From a virus (lineage: Duplodnaviria; Caudoviricetes), in the IMG/VR virus record IMGVR_UViG_3300025626_000013, positions 1 to 64,000 of that record: DNA of 64,000 nucleotides; one strand, given 5' to 3'. The notes beneath the pieces were generated by a model. That model was not told the DNA's origin, did not search any database, and saw nothing but the letters and a program-made list of their open reading frames with translations. The translations under genes were made by a program, and so were the position numbers. Below, piece by piece: positions 39,302 through 48,666 of this stretch (positions within the stretch are counted from its first letter, which is position 1; every line of letters starts with the position of its first letter).

Positions 39302-39480
39302 TATGGTCGAGTAATGATTCATTATATAATCATTATAAGACCAACTTTGGGTTAATGCAACATCATAATTATTCTCTACATGAGTTGGAGAATATGATGC
39401 CCTGGGAACGAGAAATTTATGTGGCTTTATTAATACAACACTTAGAAGAACAAGCAGAGAAAATTAAGAGGAAAATGTAA
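39301..39480 (+). CDS. gp51: Baseplate hub assembly chaperone gp51 (probably reached by -1 frameshift from gp26)
   Basis: Hand translation IWSSNDSLYNHYKTNFGLMQHHNYSLHELENMMPWEREIYVALLIQHLEE; the first in-frame ATG (39355) lies inside the conserved motif. Confidence 0.8.
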   Translation: MWSSNDSLYNHYKTNFGLMQHHNYSLHELENMMPWEREIYVALLIQHLEEQAEKIKRKM

Positions 39481-41594
39481 TGGCTACGTTAGCAAATATT
39501 AATGCCCGGCTCTCAGCTGAGAATGGAGACTTGCAAATAGATCTTGCAAGCCTGGCCGAAAGCATTTCCATACTAGCCGCAAATACTTCACAAACTAATA
39601 ATAGTATTTCATCAAATCAATCTCTTTATTCTTTAACATCACAATTTGATTTATTCATAGATAAACAAGAAGAACTTATTAAAGCTGCCACTCTTTCGAA
39701 CGCACTTCTTACGGATATAAAAAAGAGTGGTATATCTGGCAAGATGTCTTTTGGTAATCGTATTAAAGAACAATTTGCAAATAACCCAATAACCAGAGGT
39801 GCTGCAGTAACTGCTAATATTTTAGGAGCTCCTCGTCGCGCATTGGGCGGCATTATTAATAGCGCTAAAAATATAGCAACTATTCCAGGGCAAATGCTAG
39901 GCGGTGGTCTTGATAAAGCTAAGACAGCAATAAAAGGTGCATTAAAAATGCCATTTACTGCTGTTGGCAATGCATTCCAATCAAAAAGTGTAAAAACTCT
40001 TGTTCTGTTAACAGAAAATAATATAGACATTCAAAAAGATATATTAAATGAATTAGTTACTTTAAATAAAACTATTGCCGATTATATTAAGGCCAAAAAA
40101 CTAAAGAATTTAGACAATCTCGAAGATCAGCGCGAAGCTAAAAAAATAGTCAATCGCGGTTTATTTGCTTCTGCCCTTGGTAATAGTAATAATCAAAATA
40201 ATGAAGACGAAAATGCTGGCAAGAGCGGAGAGGGATTATTTAGGAAGCTGGGTGGTTGGCTATTAAAAGGGGCCGGCTTAGGGGTTGGCTTAGGTGCACT
40301 TAATAAAATTAGAAAAATGTTTAAAAAACCTACTGCACCAAAAGCAAAGATTGGCTCAACCCCAAAAGTAAGACCCACTAGTATTCCAAATGTACCTAAA
40401 TCAGCGCCTACTGCACCGAAATTATCACCACCAGCTATACCGCCTAATTCATCCACTGCGCCTAATTCATCCACTGCGCCTAAATCAGCGCCTACTGCAC
40501 CGAAATCAGCACCTACAGCGCCTACTGCACCGAAATCAGCACCTACAGCGCCTACTGCACCGAAATCAGCACCTACAGCGCCTACTGCACCGAAATTATC
40601 ACCACCAGCGCCTACTGCACCGAAATTATCACCACCAGCTATACCGGCTAATTCATCTACTGCGCCTAAATCAGCGCCTACTGCGCCTACTGCGCCTAAA
40701 TCAAACCCGCCAGCTAATTTAAATGTAAAACCTACGCCTAAAGCGGCTTTAAATAAAGCAATAAGACAACAATTAATTAAAGAAGCGACTGAAAAAGCTG
40801 CAGCAACTGCCGCTCAAATAAATGCCGGAAAAACTGCAAAAGCATCTCTAGCAGCGGCTGAAAAAGCCGCATCAAAAGCCGCATCAAAAATAGCCGCAAA
40901 ACAAGTGGCAAAAGCAGCTGCAAAGTCCGCCGCTAAAAAATTGCCATTTGGCCTTGGCCTTATACCTGCTTTAGCTTTTGCAGTAAGTGAAGTTATGCAA
41001 GGAGATTTCACAGGCGCCGCAATGGAAATTGCATCTGGCACAGCGGCAATTTTGCCGGGACCAGGAACAGCTGCATCAGTCGGTATTGATGCGGCTATTT
41101 TAGCTAGGGATTTAAATAGCACAGACCCAAATGTTGAAAAAAATGAAAAAATAGAAAAGGCCAAAAAAGATTCGGTTCAAACCAAATTAAATGAATTTGA
41201 TGCCGACCAGGCTAAAAAGAAAACATTGTTAATACACGAAGCTTCTAAAGATGTTGCTAAAAGAGCTGACTATGAAAAGGCCGGCATTGCCGCAAAAGAA
41301 TTAGTAAAAAAAGTAACTATAACTAAACCTGTGATATCTTCTAATGAAATAATTATAAATGTAGCCCAGCAAAAAATATCGGCAAATCTTTCAAATGATC
41401 AAACCAATTTATCACAAAGGTTACAAGAAGCCCAGGGAACTTTTGATGAAGTAAAACAGCAGGCAAATACTACTGTAATAATGCCTGCTGTTCCAAATAA
41501 TATTGATAATAGTTCAACTAGTGTTAGTCATACAACACTTACTGCATCAGGGTCTAGCTCAATAGATAGATCCGATAAAGTAGTGCCCATTTAA
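39480..41594 (+). CDS. Putative tape-measure/hub protein (gp29-like) with Pro/Ala/Thr/Lys repeat insert
   Basis: Ala/Gly/Lys-rich helical protein after gp26/gp51; KKLPFGLGLI...GDFTGAAMEIASG...PGPGTAASVGID segment. Confidence 0.6.
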   Translation: MATLANINARLSAENGDLQIDLASLAESISILAANTSQTNNSISSNQSLYSLTSQFDLFIDKQEELIKAATLSNALLTDIKKSGISGKMSFGNRIKEQFANNPITRGAAVTANILGAPRRALGGIINSAKNIATIPGQMLGGGLDKAKTAIKGALKMPFTAVGNAFQSKSVKTLVLLTENNIDIQKDILNELVTLNKTIADYIKAKKLKNLDNLEDQREAKKIVNRGLFASALGNSNNQNNEDENAGKSGEGLFRKLGGWLLKGAGLGVGLGALNKIRKMFKKPTAPKAKIGSTPKVRPTSIPNVPKSAPTAPKLSPPAIPPNSSTAPNSSTAPKSAPTAPKSAPTAPTAPKSAPTAPTAPKSAPTAPTAPKLSPPAPTAPKLSPPAIPANSSTAPKSAPTAPTAPKSNPPANLNVKPTPKAALNKAIRQQLIKEATEKAAATAAQINAGKTAKASLAAAEKAASKAASKIAAKQVAKAAAKSAAKKLPFGLGLIPALAFAVSEVMQGDFTGAAMEIASGTAAILPGPGTAASVGIDAAILARDLNSTDPNVEKNEKIEKAKKDSVQTKLNEFDADQAKKKTLLIHEASKDVAKRADYEKAGIAAKELVKKVTITKPVISSNEIIINVAQQKISANLSNDQTNLSQRLQEAQGTFDEVKQQANTTVIMPAVPNNIDNSSTSVSHTTLTASGSSSIDRSDKVVPI
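40395..40703 (+). repeat. In-frame VNTR (30-bp and 18-bp units; PTAPKSA, APNSST)
   Basis: About five 30-bp units cagcgcctactgcaccgaaat... at 40486-40639, plus 18-bp gcctaattcatccactgc units. Confidence 0.9.
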
Positions 41595-42514
41595 TCACTC
41601 ATCAACTTTGAAAAATATGACATAGTGTCATCATCCTCTGTTGACGTTACTGTATCTAGTGAAATATCAGCTGCATTAATGGTTTCTTCTGCAGCAGCTT
41701 TATAAGTTGGCGCTGTTGCTTCTTCACCAAGACTTGCTTCTTGTGCTAAGCTCGGTGTACCCATTGTTGCATTAGCTTCTCCTAATACTGATGTAAGTTT
41801 AGCACTCAATTCATTATAAGTTTTATATGATGACGGATCAGTAAATTCAGCCAAGCCGTGAATCTTATTATAAATTGCCTCTAGCTCATCATCATCTTGG
41901 GACAATGGCTCTTGCCGTGAAAATTCGGATTTATCGTAATTACGATAACCTTCAACATCACGGATTTTAAGCTTGAAATTTGCGCCAGTCCAAAAATCAA
42001 ATGGATTAATTGGATCTTCATCATCAAATTCCGGTTGCATAGCATCCATCAATTTATCAAAGATTTTTTTACCATATTGATATAGAAATACTTTGCCTTC
42101 ATTGGCAGGATTGCCTGGATCACTTACAACATAGATGTTTGATACATAATGAAGCCGCCGCTTTTGTTTACGAGCAGTTTCTTTATCCGCTTCTAAACCA
42201 GTATTCCACAAACGCGAATTGAGTTCACCTACCGGATCGTTTTGGCCAATTGAAGTAAGAGATTTTTCAATATACCATTTACCTGTCGGGCCCTTGAATC
42301 CATGATCCCAATAGCGAACCCACGGAAGGTCTGTACCCTCAGCCGCCGGAAGAAAGCGGATAATAGCATATCCATTATTTGCTTTATCTACTGTTGGTTT
42401 CCAAATACGATCGTCTGTATATTTGTTATTTGATTGGCCACCACCAACAGCTTCGGCTGCCGCGACTAGTTTAGTGATATTTGAGGTATTACGTTTTAGT
42501 GATGCGAATGACAT
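41591..42514 (-). CDS. gp32: Single-stranded DNA-binding protein gp32
   Basis: DDRIWKP, GYAIIRFLP, HGFKGPTGKWYIE, GKVFLYQYGKKIFDK, GANFKLK, NYDKSEF, acidic tail. Confidence 0.97.
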   Translation of the reverse strand: MSFASLKRNTSNITKLVAAAEAVGGGQSNNKYTDDRIWKPTVDKANNGYAIIRFLPAAEGTDLPWVRYWDHGFKGPTGKWYIEKSLTSIGQNDPVGELNSRLWNTGLEADKETARKQKRRLHYVSNIYVVSDPGNPANEGKVFLYQYGKKIFDKLMDAMQPEFDDEDPINPFDFWTGANFKLKIRDVEGYRNYDKSEFSRQEPLSQDDDELEAIYNKIHGLAEFTDPSSYKTYNELSAKLTSVLGEANATMGTPSLAQEASLGEEATAPTYKAAAEETINAADISLDTVTSTEDDDTMSYFSKLMSD

Positions 42515-42551
42515 TAATATTTCTCCATATGTCTGTAGTATTAACTGTATT

Positions 42552-42593
42552 ATTATAGTATGTTTGTGTCACAATGTACACGCTTTATTTATA
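42552..42593 (-). promoter_or_regulatory. Tandem early (GTGTACA-N17-TATAAT) and late (TATAAATA at 42586-93) promoters of gp32
   Basis: Both motifs read directly from the sequence. Confidence 0.7.
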
Positions 42594-42594
42594 A

Positions 42595-42840
42595 TTATTC
42601 AAAGATAAGTGCGTTTTGTTTTGGTAAAAAGTTTAAAGATTGTGCTTCAGCTTCTACTTTTTCTTTAATAACCGGTGAGATATATTTTTTTACATCTTCT
42701 GGGTCAATGCCTGTTTCTTTACAAGCTTCTACAATAGCATCAATCCAAGTTAATTTTTTTTGAATTGCATGCTTTTCAATAATTTTAGTAAATTTAGATT
42801 TATTCATAAATTCTTTATCAATAATTGGTTTATCAATCAT
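42595..42840 (-). CDS. gp33: Late promoter transcription co-activator gp33
   Basis: FTKIIE, WIDAIVEAC, ISPVIKEKVEAEAQSLNFL. Confidence 0.88.
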   Translation of the reverse strand: MIDKPIIDKEFMNKSKFTKIIEKHAIQKKLTWIDAIVEACKETGIDPEDVKKYISPVIKEKVEAEAQSLNFLPKQNALIFE

Positions 42841-43940
42841 TTATCTAAAGCCCTCAATATAAGTGTTGCATTATTCATACGGCCATTTGCCGCACTATTT
42901 TTGGTAGTTAAATTAGACCATTCTTTATTAATCTGATTAATAGTTTTCTTTAAAACAATATTTAAGAATTCGGCTGGTTTACGCAATGTTGTACAGCGTG
43001 AAAGCTCAACATCAATTCCACGGATTGTAGAACCAGATACTTCAAATCCATTAGGTCTATCTGAAACTAATTCGGTTAGTTTTTTATATTTAGTATTAAA
43101 TACATATATGCGTCTTGCCCCAACTATCATTGAAGGATTAATTGAAGATATTTTAAAGGTAGTATCTTCTTTTTGATAGGTTAGTTTTTCTACTTGTTTA
43201 TATGCAGATTTTACTTTTGGCTTTCGGGCTTTACGTGTTGCTTTCTTTGAAGCTAAATACTTTTCTGCATCATCAACAAGAGTTGTAAAAAATTCTAAAT
43301 ATTTTTTCCGGGTTTTAACTGGCATATAAGAATAAGCCTCAACTAAATCTTCGCTTTTTTTATTAACAAGTTCAGCAATTTCTTCTTTTTGAGGAGTATA
43401 ATAATCTAATATATGTTTTGCAGTAATGCCTGCAGCATCAGCAGCTTTTAATTGAGTAAATAATGAATATTCGGATTGGGTTTCCCAATCATCAACCACT
43501 GCCTCAATATCTGCAATAAAGTCCGATGTTTTTTCTTTTAAAATCTCACTAATAGTTTTTTTAGTGATTGGTATTGAACCGCTATCTGATTCGTTAGATA
43601 TAGCTTTTGTGCCGCGATTTACATAGTCTGCCAAATATTTTTCAAATAGTTTAGTGGCATTCCATTTTAAAGGAAGCTCTCTATTAGCGGATTGCCAGGC
43701 GATAGTTGCAGCTAATGCAGTATTATTAAATGACCATTCTGGCGCTTTCATTGCGAGTTTATAATCTTCTTTAGACAAATTTTCTTTCAAATACCGTTTA
43801 ACTGTATAAATGATTTCTTTTTTATCTACTTCACAGCGAAGATATTCATTAAAATTATGAAAGGTGTCTACCGGTGCGGCTGCAATTCCAGTACTAGCTT
43901 TACGCGAATATACTTTTTTAACTTTTGCTTTTTTAGCCAT
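42837..43940 (-). CDS. Conserved T4-like hypothetical protein
   Basis: 367 aa; SINPSMIVGA..IYVFNTK, TLRKP, NGRMN; own early promoter. Confidence 0.7.
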   Translation of the reverse strand: MAKKAKVKKVYSRKASTGIAAAPVDTFHNFNEYLRCEVDKKEIIYTVKRYLKENLSKEDYKLAMKAPEWSFNNTALAATIAWQSANRELPLKWNATKLFEKYLADYVNRGTKAISNESDSGSIPITKKTISEILKEKTSDFIADIEAVVDDWETQSEYSLFTQLKAADAAGITAKHILDYYTPQKEEIAELVNKKSEDLVEAYSYMPVKTRKKYLEFFTTLVDDAEKYLASKKATRKARKPKVKSAYKQVEKLTYQKEDTTFKISSINPSMIVGARRIYVFNTKYKKLTELVSDRPNGFEVSGSTIRGIDVELSRCTTLRKPAEFLNIVLKKTINQINKEWSNLTTKNSAANGRMNNATLILRALDK

Positions 43941-43971
43941 AATAAACCCTCATTTATTTTGTTCATAATAT

Positions 43972-44001
43972 ATAATAACATAATTTAAATAAAATGTAAA
44001 C
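43972..44001 (-). promoter_or_regulatory. T4-type early promoter
   Basis: GTTTACA-N17-TATTAT, extended TGn. Confidence 0.7.
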
Positions 44002-44003
44002 GT

Positions 44004-44246
44004 TTATTTTATTTTATTTTCATCATCATCTAACGCCATGATTTCATCAATCTCACCATAGGCATCACGGGTATATTTGATACAATTATTACTTGCTAAA
44101 TAAATAATTGTGTTATTAATAATTTCTTCAATATTATCGCTCTGATCTCTTTTGGCCCAAACATATCCAGTAAATGCTGCAAGACCTATAGTAATTAAAG
44201 CTAAGAAAAATACTGATATATCCATAGAAAAATTAATATCTAACAT
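44004..44246 (-). CDS. Small membrane protein
   Basis: One N-terminal TM helix. Confidence 0.55.
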   Translation of the reverse strand: MLDINFSMDISVFFLALITIGLAAFTGYVWAKRDQSDNIEEIINNTIIYLASNNCIKYTRDAYGEIDEIMALDDDENKIK

Positions 44247-45091
44247 GTAGACTCCTTATTAAAAACTGTTTCAAATTTTTTATTAATTAAATGAATGAAG
44301 TTGCAATGGGATGGTATAGGGTTATTCATATTTCTATGATTATATGGATAATTCCATGTTTCTCCTATGAAAATAATATCTATAAAATATTTATGTAAAA
44401 GAAAAGAAAAAATTGACTCATTATTATAGCTATAATTTATTATGATATAATCCGCATAATGTTCCATCAAATTACTATTTTTTGATATGTCAATTAAACG
44501 TTTTGTTTCTTTTAAATTTTTCATATAATTTAGTTTTTGTATAGTTTTTTTATTTAAAAGTATAACCCCAGTATTAATTACATATTTTGGATATTGATCA
44601 TTACTTCTATGGAGAGTTTTACACAAAGTATTCATTAATGCTTTTTTAGTAGAAATACTTCTTTTATTTGGAATATATGAAAGTGTGCCAGTTTTAATTA
44701 ATGATTGTACATTTGATGCTAAATCATCTTCAAATCCATGCACATAAACAGTTTCGCTATTTTCATCTATAAAATCAAAAATATTTTTCTTATTTTGTAT
44801 AAAAATATCCAAATCTATGTATAAAATATAATCATAAATGGCACTAAAATCATATATTAGTTTGTGCTTATAATGCTGTAATGCTTGATATACATCTTCG
44901 TACATTCCAAGAAGGGTTAATTCATTACAAAATTCTTTGAAATCATCCCCGGGTATTACTGAAATGTATTCTGCATCAATGCAGTTAGCGTATTCTTTAT
45001 GATTATTTTGCAATAATTCGACATAATTATGCATGCGTCTATCTGGATTATTAGCATCATCATAATATATGCTAAAAATTAGTTTTTTCAT
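44240..45091 (-). CDS. Glycosyltransferase (GT34-like; paralog of 10752)
   Basis: YANCIDAEY, HYKH, YIDLDI, INTGV, NNESIF, FIHLINKKF. Confidence 0.7.
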   Translation of the reverse strand: MKKLIFSIYYDDANNPDRRMHNYVELLQNNHKEYANCIDAEYISVIPGDDFKEFCNELTLLGMYEDVYQALQHYKHKLIYDFSAIYDYILYIDLDIFIQNKKNIFDFIDENSETVYVHGFEDDLASNVQSLIKTGTLSYIPNKRSISTKKALMNTLCKTLHRSNDQYPKYVINTGVILLNKKTIQKLNYMKNLKETKRLIDISKNSNLMEHYADYIIINYSYNNESIFSFLLHKYFIDIIFIGETWNYPYNHRNMNNPIPSHCNFIHLINKKFETVFNKESTC

Positions 45092-45099
45092 ATTAATTG

Positions 45100-45927
45100 T
45101 TATTCCGCTGATACATCTATTTCAGAAATTTCTTGTCTAAGTTTTGCAAATCTATCTCGATTTTTCCAATCTCCGCCGGTTATACCGCGCACACCATGAA
45201 TACCAATTGTTGGCATAGCATAGTTCGAGGCTTGTTCTAATACGGCGGGATTGCCATGTTCATCAATAAAAGGATATTCTGTACCATTTTCAAAGCGGTT
45301 AGATTCAATATACGTATGGGTTGTAGCACCATACTCTTCAGACAATAATGCAATATCGTCAAGATGATCCTGGTTATGTTTGTGAATAACTGTTTTATGA
45401 TCAATTTCAACTGCTTTACCGCCAGCCTCAGCTAATGCTTGCATATTAGCTAAAATTTTGGATAAAATTGTTTTGCGTCTATACATATTTTGCATTTCTT
45501 GATTAACGCCCTCGATTGCAAAACTAATCCGCAATGGATGGCGACCAACATATTTTTTAGCTATAAGACCAAGTTCTTTCCACCATATAACACTTCTTAA
45601 ACTGCCATTGGTATCAATTCTAATATTAGCGTCAGTCTTACATTCATAAATATATTGTATTATTTTAGCAATGTCTTTTGCCATAAAGGGATCACCCCAT
45701 GTGCCACAAATTTCCCATACATTAATCATAGAAATAATATGCGGTGGATATGCAGCTTTAAATTCATCTAGCGTCCATTGTACAAGTGGTAGCCAATCAA
45801 TTTTACCTAATCCACCACTTTTATTATCAACTCTATGGCATTGCGGGCAACCCGCATTACAAAATGTAGAAATATCTAAAAATACCTGGAGTTTATTGTT
45901 TTTTAAAATATCGCTATATGTTGGCAT
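45100..45927 (-). CDS. Radical SAM protein (core only, no SPASM)
   Basis: CNAGCPQC (CxxxCxxC), CGTWGDP, TNGS, FAIEG. Confidence 0.85.
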   Translation of the reverse strand: MPTYSDILKNNKLQVFLDISTFCNAGCPQCHRVDNKSGGLGKIDWLPLVQWTLDEFKAAYPPHIISMINVWEICGTWGDPFMAKDIAKIIQYIYECKTDANIRIDTNGSLRSVIWWKELGLIAKKYVGRHPLRISFAIEGVNQEMQNMYRRKTILSKILANMQALAEAGGKAVEIDHKTVIHKHNQDHLDDIALLSEEYGATTHTYIESNRFENGTEYPFIDEHGNPAVLEQASNYAMPTIGIHGVRGITGGDWKNRDRFAKLRQEISEIDVSAE

Positions 45928-45958
45928 AATATTATTTCCTTATAATGCATCAATACTG

Positions 45959-46204
45959 TTATTTATTAACGTTTTTAGGTGATGTTAAATACAATCCTTC
46001 GGTATGATTCATCGAAACAAATAATTCATTAAACATATGCGGAGATATTTGGATTACTTCATGACGATTATAGATTTCATTCCATTGACGGAAAAAAACT
46101 ACATCATCACTAACTATAATTTGAAAATCTTCATATTTTGCATCATTATCAACAATAGTAATAACACTTGCATCAAATTCTTCTTCAATACTAAACATCG
46201 TCAC
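45959..46204 (-). CDS. Conserved hypothetical protein
   Basis: MFSIEEEFD...VFFRQWNE...EGLY. Confidence 0.6.
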   Translation of the reverse strand: MTMFSIEEEFDASVITIVDNDAKYEDFQIIVSDDVVFFRQWNEIYNRHEVIQISPHMFNELFVSMNHTEGLYLTSPKNVNK

Positions 46205-46301
46205 GGTTTTCTTTAATTAATGTTTTTATTGTATTAATTTCGGCATTAAGTAAATCGACCTCGTGCCTTAGTGAAGACACAAGATCATTTATAGCATACA
46301 T
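46191..46301 (-). CDS. Small hypothetical coiled-coil peptide
   Basis: MYAINDLV...; fills the gap in the operon. Confidence 0.35.
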   Translation of the reverse strand: MYAINDLVSSLRHEVDLLNAEINTIKTLIKENRDDV

Positions 46302-46323
46302 TTTTATTTCAAGATGTTTTGGA

Positions 46324-46614
46324 TTAATCCCAGTCATTGTCAAACCTTGTTGTTTCATACAAAACTTCACCATAATATTCTTTTGCATATTTCGGTGCAT
46401 CTGTATATTGATTAATATTAATAGTTGGTTTATTTATTTCTTTTTCAAGACTTGATTCTGTACGTACAGCCCGAGCATTTAGCATAGCACGACGAGCGGC
46501 CGCAGATTTTTTCTTAATAATTTCCATGCGAGCTGCGCGCGCAACGGCTTCTTTACGACGAGTAGCAATTTGCTTAATAAGGTCAATCCGCTCTGCTTGA
46601 GTTTTTGCGATCAT
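46324..46614 (-). CDS. Basic hypothetical early protein
   Basis: RBS aaggaac; directly after an early promoter. Confidence 0.65.
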   Translation of the reverse strand: MIAKTQAERIDLIKQIATRRKEAVARAARMEIIKKKSAAARRAMLNARAVRTESSLEKEINKPTININQYTDAPKYAKEYYGEVLYETTRFDNDWD

Positions 46615-46649
46615 GTTATAAGTTCCTTAGTTAGTTTCATTTATACATC

Positions 46650-46679
46650 TTTATAGCATATAAGAAAGGGAATGTAAAC
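46650..46679 (-). promoter_or_regulatory. T4-type early promoter
   Basis: GTTTACA-ttccctttcttatatgc-TATAAA. Confidence 0.75.
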
Positions 46680-46712
46680 CCCTAAAATGCAATTAATCGA
46701 AATTAATTTCAA

Positions 46713-46979
46713 TTAACCCCAATCTTTTTTATCTCCGAGTTCTTCATTACGTTCATAACCAGCAGTATATTGTAAGATTTCGTCATTTGACATATTATGC
46801 CACGTAATACATTCACCATTATTAGTACCATATGGCCACCAATGTGGATTATATGCGCGATGATAATAACTATCAGCGCCACCCCGATCAAATGGGCCAC
46901 CATGACGAATCATCTCATTACTATCCGACCACGTAAGATCAAATTCAACACCATTATAAGTGTATAATTCTTTCTTCAT
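46713..46979 (-). CDS. Conserved phage hypothetical protein
   Basis: RHGGPFDRGGADSYY motif. Confidence 0.65.
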   Translation of the reverse strand: MKKELYTYNGVEFDLTWSDSNEMIRHGGPFDRGGADSYYHRAYNPHWWPYGTNNGECITWHNMSNDEILQYTAGYERNEELGDKKDWG

Positions 46980-47023
46980 AATATATACCCTTTAACTATT
47001 TTCATTTATTGTAAAAAAGTTTT

Positions 47024-47245
47024 TCAAAAATTGCGCGCATAGACCTCCGTTTTGACCGCAATTGCATTCGCAGCAAAGCTTTTTTCTTCCATACGTATTA
47101 CATTAATCATTGAAAACTTTTCATTTGGGTTTTGCAACCTATTATAATAATGTTGAACTGAAGTGGCAGAAATTCCAGTTGCCCATTCAATCATTTCATA
47201 ATTACCGTTTTCTTTGGCATAAGCTTTAACTTCATACTTGGTCAT
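47024..47245 (-). CDS. Hypothetical protein
   Basis: 73-aa ORF with RBS in the early operon. Confidence 0.55.
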   Translation of the reverse strand: MTKYEVKAYAKENGNYEMIEWATGISATSVQHYYNRLQNPNEKFSMINVIRMEEKSFAANAIAVKTEVYARNF

Positions 47246-47247
47246 AA

Positions 47248-47586
47248 TTATATTCCTTCAATTTTTTTAAATCCCATACCGGCACATAAGAAAAATTCTC
47301 CATTTAATTCAAAAATATCACCAACCGAAGAAGATGTTCCGTTATCACCTAAAACATCAACATACCGCTGATTGTTCCAAAGATTAGTCCATTCAAATGC
47401 TTCTTCAAGATTTTCTGTTTCAACTTCATATGCCGCAGTATAAAACTCTGAGAAATAATTAGCTTGAACCCGTTCGGCATCACCAAATTGCAACTGCATT
47501 TTGGCATCAAACTTTGGAACAGTCTCGTTGCGATTTATTGCATCAATTTCTGTTGGAGTGAGCTGTATTTGGTGAATAGTAATCAT
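47248..47586 (-). CDS. YodL-like domain early protein
   Basis: LEEAFEWTN...SSSVGDIF...CAGMGF resembles the YodL motif; start MITIHQ at 47586 with RBS gagg. Confidence 0.55.
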   Translation of the reverse strand: MITIHQIQLTPTEIDAINRNETVPKFDAKMQLQFGDAERVQANYFSEFYTAAYEVETENLEEAFEWTNLWNNQRYVDVLGDNGTSSSVGDIFELNGEFFLCAGMGFKKIEGI

Positions 47587-47611
47587 AGTAATTCCTCTAT
47601 ATGTTACATAG

Positions 47612-47641
47612 AATATAACATGCAAAAACAGGAATGTAAAC
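47612..47641 (-). promoter_or_regulatory. T4-type early promoter
   Basis: GTTTACA-N17-TATATT, extended TGn. Confidence 0.7.
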
Positions 47642-47690
47642 ACTAAAATACATTTTATTTGTATTTTATTTTAACTGAGACATTTTTGTA

Positions 47691-47987
47691 TCAGTAATAT
47701 GTTTTATATAATTTTTTAATTTTATCTAGCTCGGGATGTTTATGAATCCATTGACCGGTACTAGCATTAAATTCTTTTTTAAAAAATGTATCTAATTTTT
47801 TATTAGTAGTTTTTATTGAAGTATCTACTTGTAAACATTTTTTATCAAATTCTGCATCTGACATAATTTCAGAATTTTTAAATTCATAAGCATATGCAGC
47901 AATGCTTAATTTAATACGCAACCAAGTTTGAAATTCAATTTCAGTTTTTTGTTTGGGAGTATTGTGCATAAATTGTTCAAGAGACAT
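47691..47987 (-). CDS. Stand-alone NAD-dependent ligase domain Ia-like protein
   Basis: AAYAYEF...IMSDAEFD matches the LigA Ia pattern (YY....ISDAEYD); start MSLEQF at 47987. Confidence 0.6.
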   Translation of the reverse strand: MSLEQFMHNTPKQKTEIEFQTWLRIKLSIAAYAYEFKNSEIMSDAEFDKKCLQVDTSIKTTNKKLDTFFKKEFNASTGQWIHKHPELDKIKKLYKTYY

Positions 47988-47988
47988 A

Positions 47989-48462
47989 TTACTTTTTTGC
48001 CCATTTGGTAATTGTTCCGAATGGTGTAATACTGATTTTTCGAGGTTCAAATAATTTAAAAATTTCTGCTTTTGGTAAATGAACATCACAATTATAATTT
48101 TTGCCAACATTATTTAGCCATAACTCATCAATAATATCTAATGAACTATTTACTAGTTGTGATCCACCAATAATCCAAACATCTTCATATTGAGATATTG
48201 TATTCATTCTTGATTTGTAAATATCCGGGCGTATAATTTCTACACCGTACTGTATTTTCATTTTAGAGGACACTACTATGTTATGTCTATTAGATAGCGG
48301 TTTAAATGGTAAACTTTCCCAAGTAGACCTACCCATAACAACAGTAGAACCATTAGTGGATTCTTTAAACCATTTTAAATCTTCACTATTTTTAGGCCAC
48401 GGCAAATCATTATTTTTGCCAATTCCCCAATGTTTATCGTGGGCTAGAATTGCTCTAATCAT
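47989..48462 (-). CDS. frd: Dihydrofolate reductase
   Basis: GIGKNNDLPW, DLKWFK, VVMGRSTWESL, PLSNRHNIVVS, WIIGG. Confidence 0.95.
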   Translation of the reverse strand: MIRAILAHDKHWGIGKNNDLPWPKNSEDLKWFKESTNGSTVVMGRSTWESLPFKPLSNRHNIVVSSKMKIQYGVEIIRPDIYKSRMNTISQYEDVWIIGGSQLVNSSLDIIDELWLNNVGKNYNCDVHLPKAEIFKLFEPRKISITPFGTITKWAKK

Positions 48463-48464
48463 AA

Positions 48465-48665
48465 TTAAGTTAATCCATTAAGTAATTTTACTACTAATTC
48501 TTGGCTTTCGGCTATATGATATGTTGATCCATTTGAGGTAAAAATTCTGGTACATGACATATTTTCAACATTATCAGTATAAATTGCCATAATATGGTCA
48601 GAATTAAGATATATCTTATCTCCAACTCTACCTTCGGCCATATTTTCAAAACATATAAAACTCAT
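48465..48665 (-). CDS. FlbD/SwrD-like small protein
   Basis: IYLNSDHIMAI...TRIFTSNG..YHIAESQELVVKLL; start at 48665. Confidence 0.45.
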   Translation of the reverse strand: MSFICFENMAEGRVGDKIYLNSDHIMAIYTDNVENMSCTRIFTSNGSTYHIAESQELVVKLLNGLT

Positions 48666-48666
48666 A

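Noticed and set aside
40395-40703. 30-bp repeats resembling a CRISPR array
   Set aside because: Tandem, in-frame, no unique spacers and no cas genes; a coding VNTR.
42515-42551. Autoregulatory pseudoknot in the gp32 leader
   Set aside because: The leader is short and A-rich; I could not find two compatible stems.
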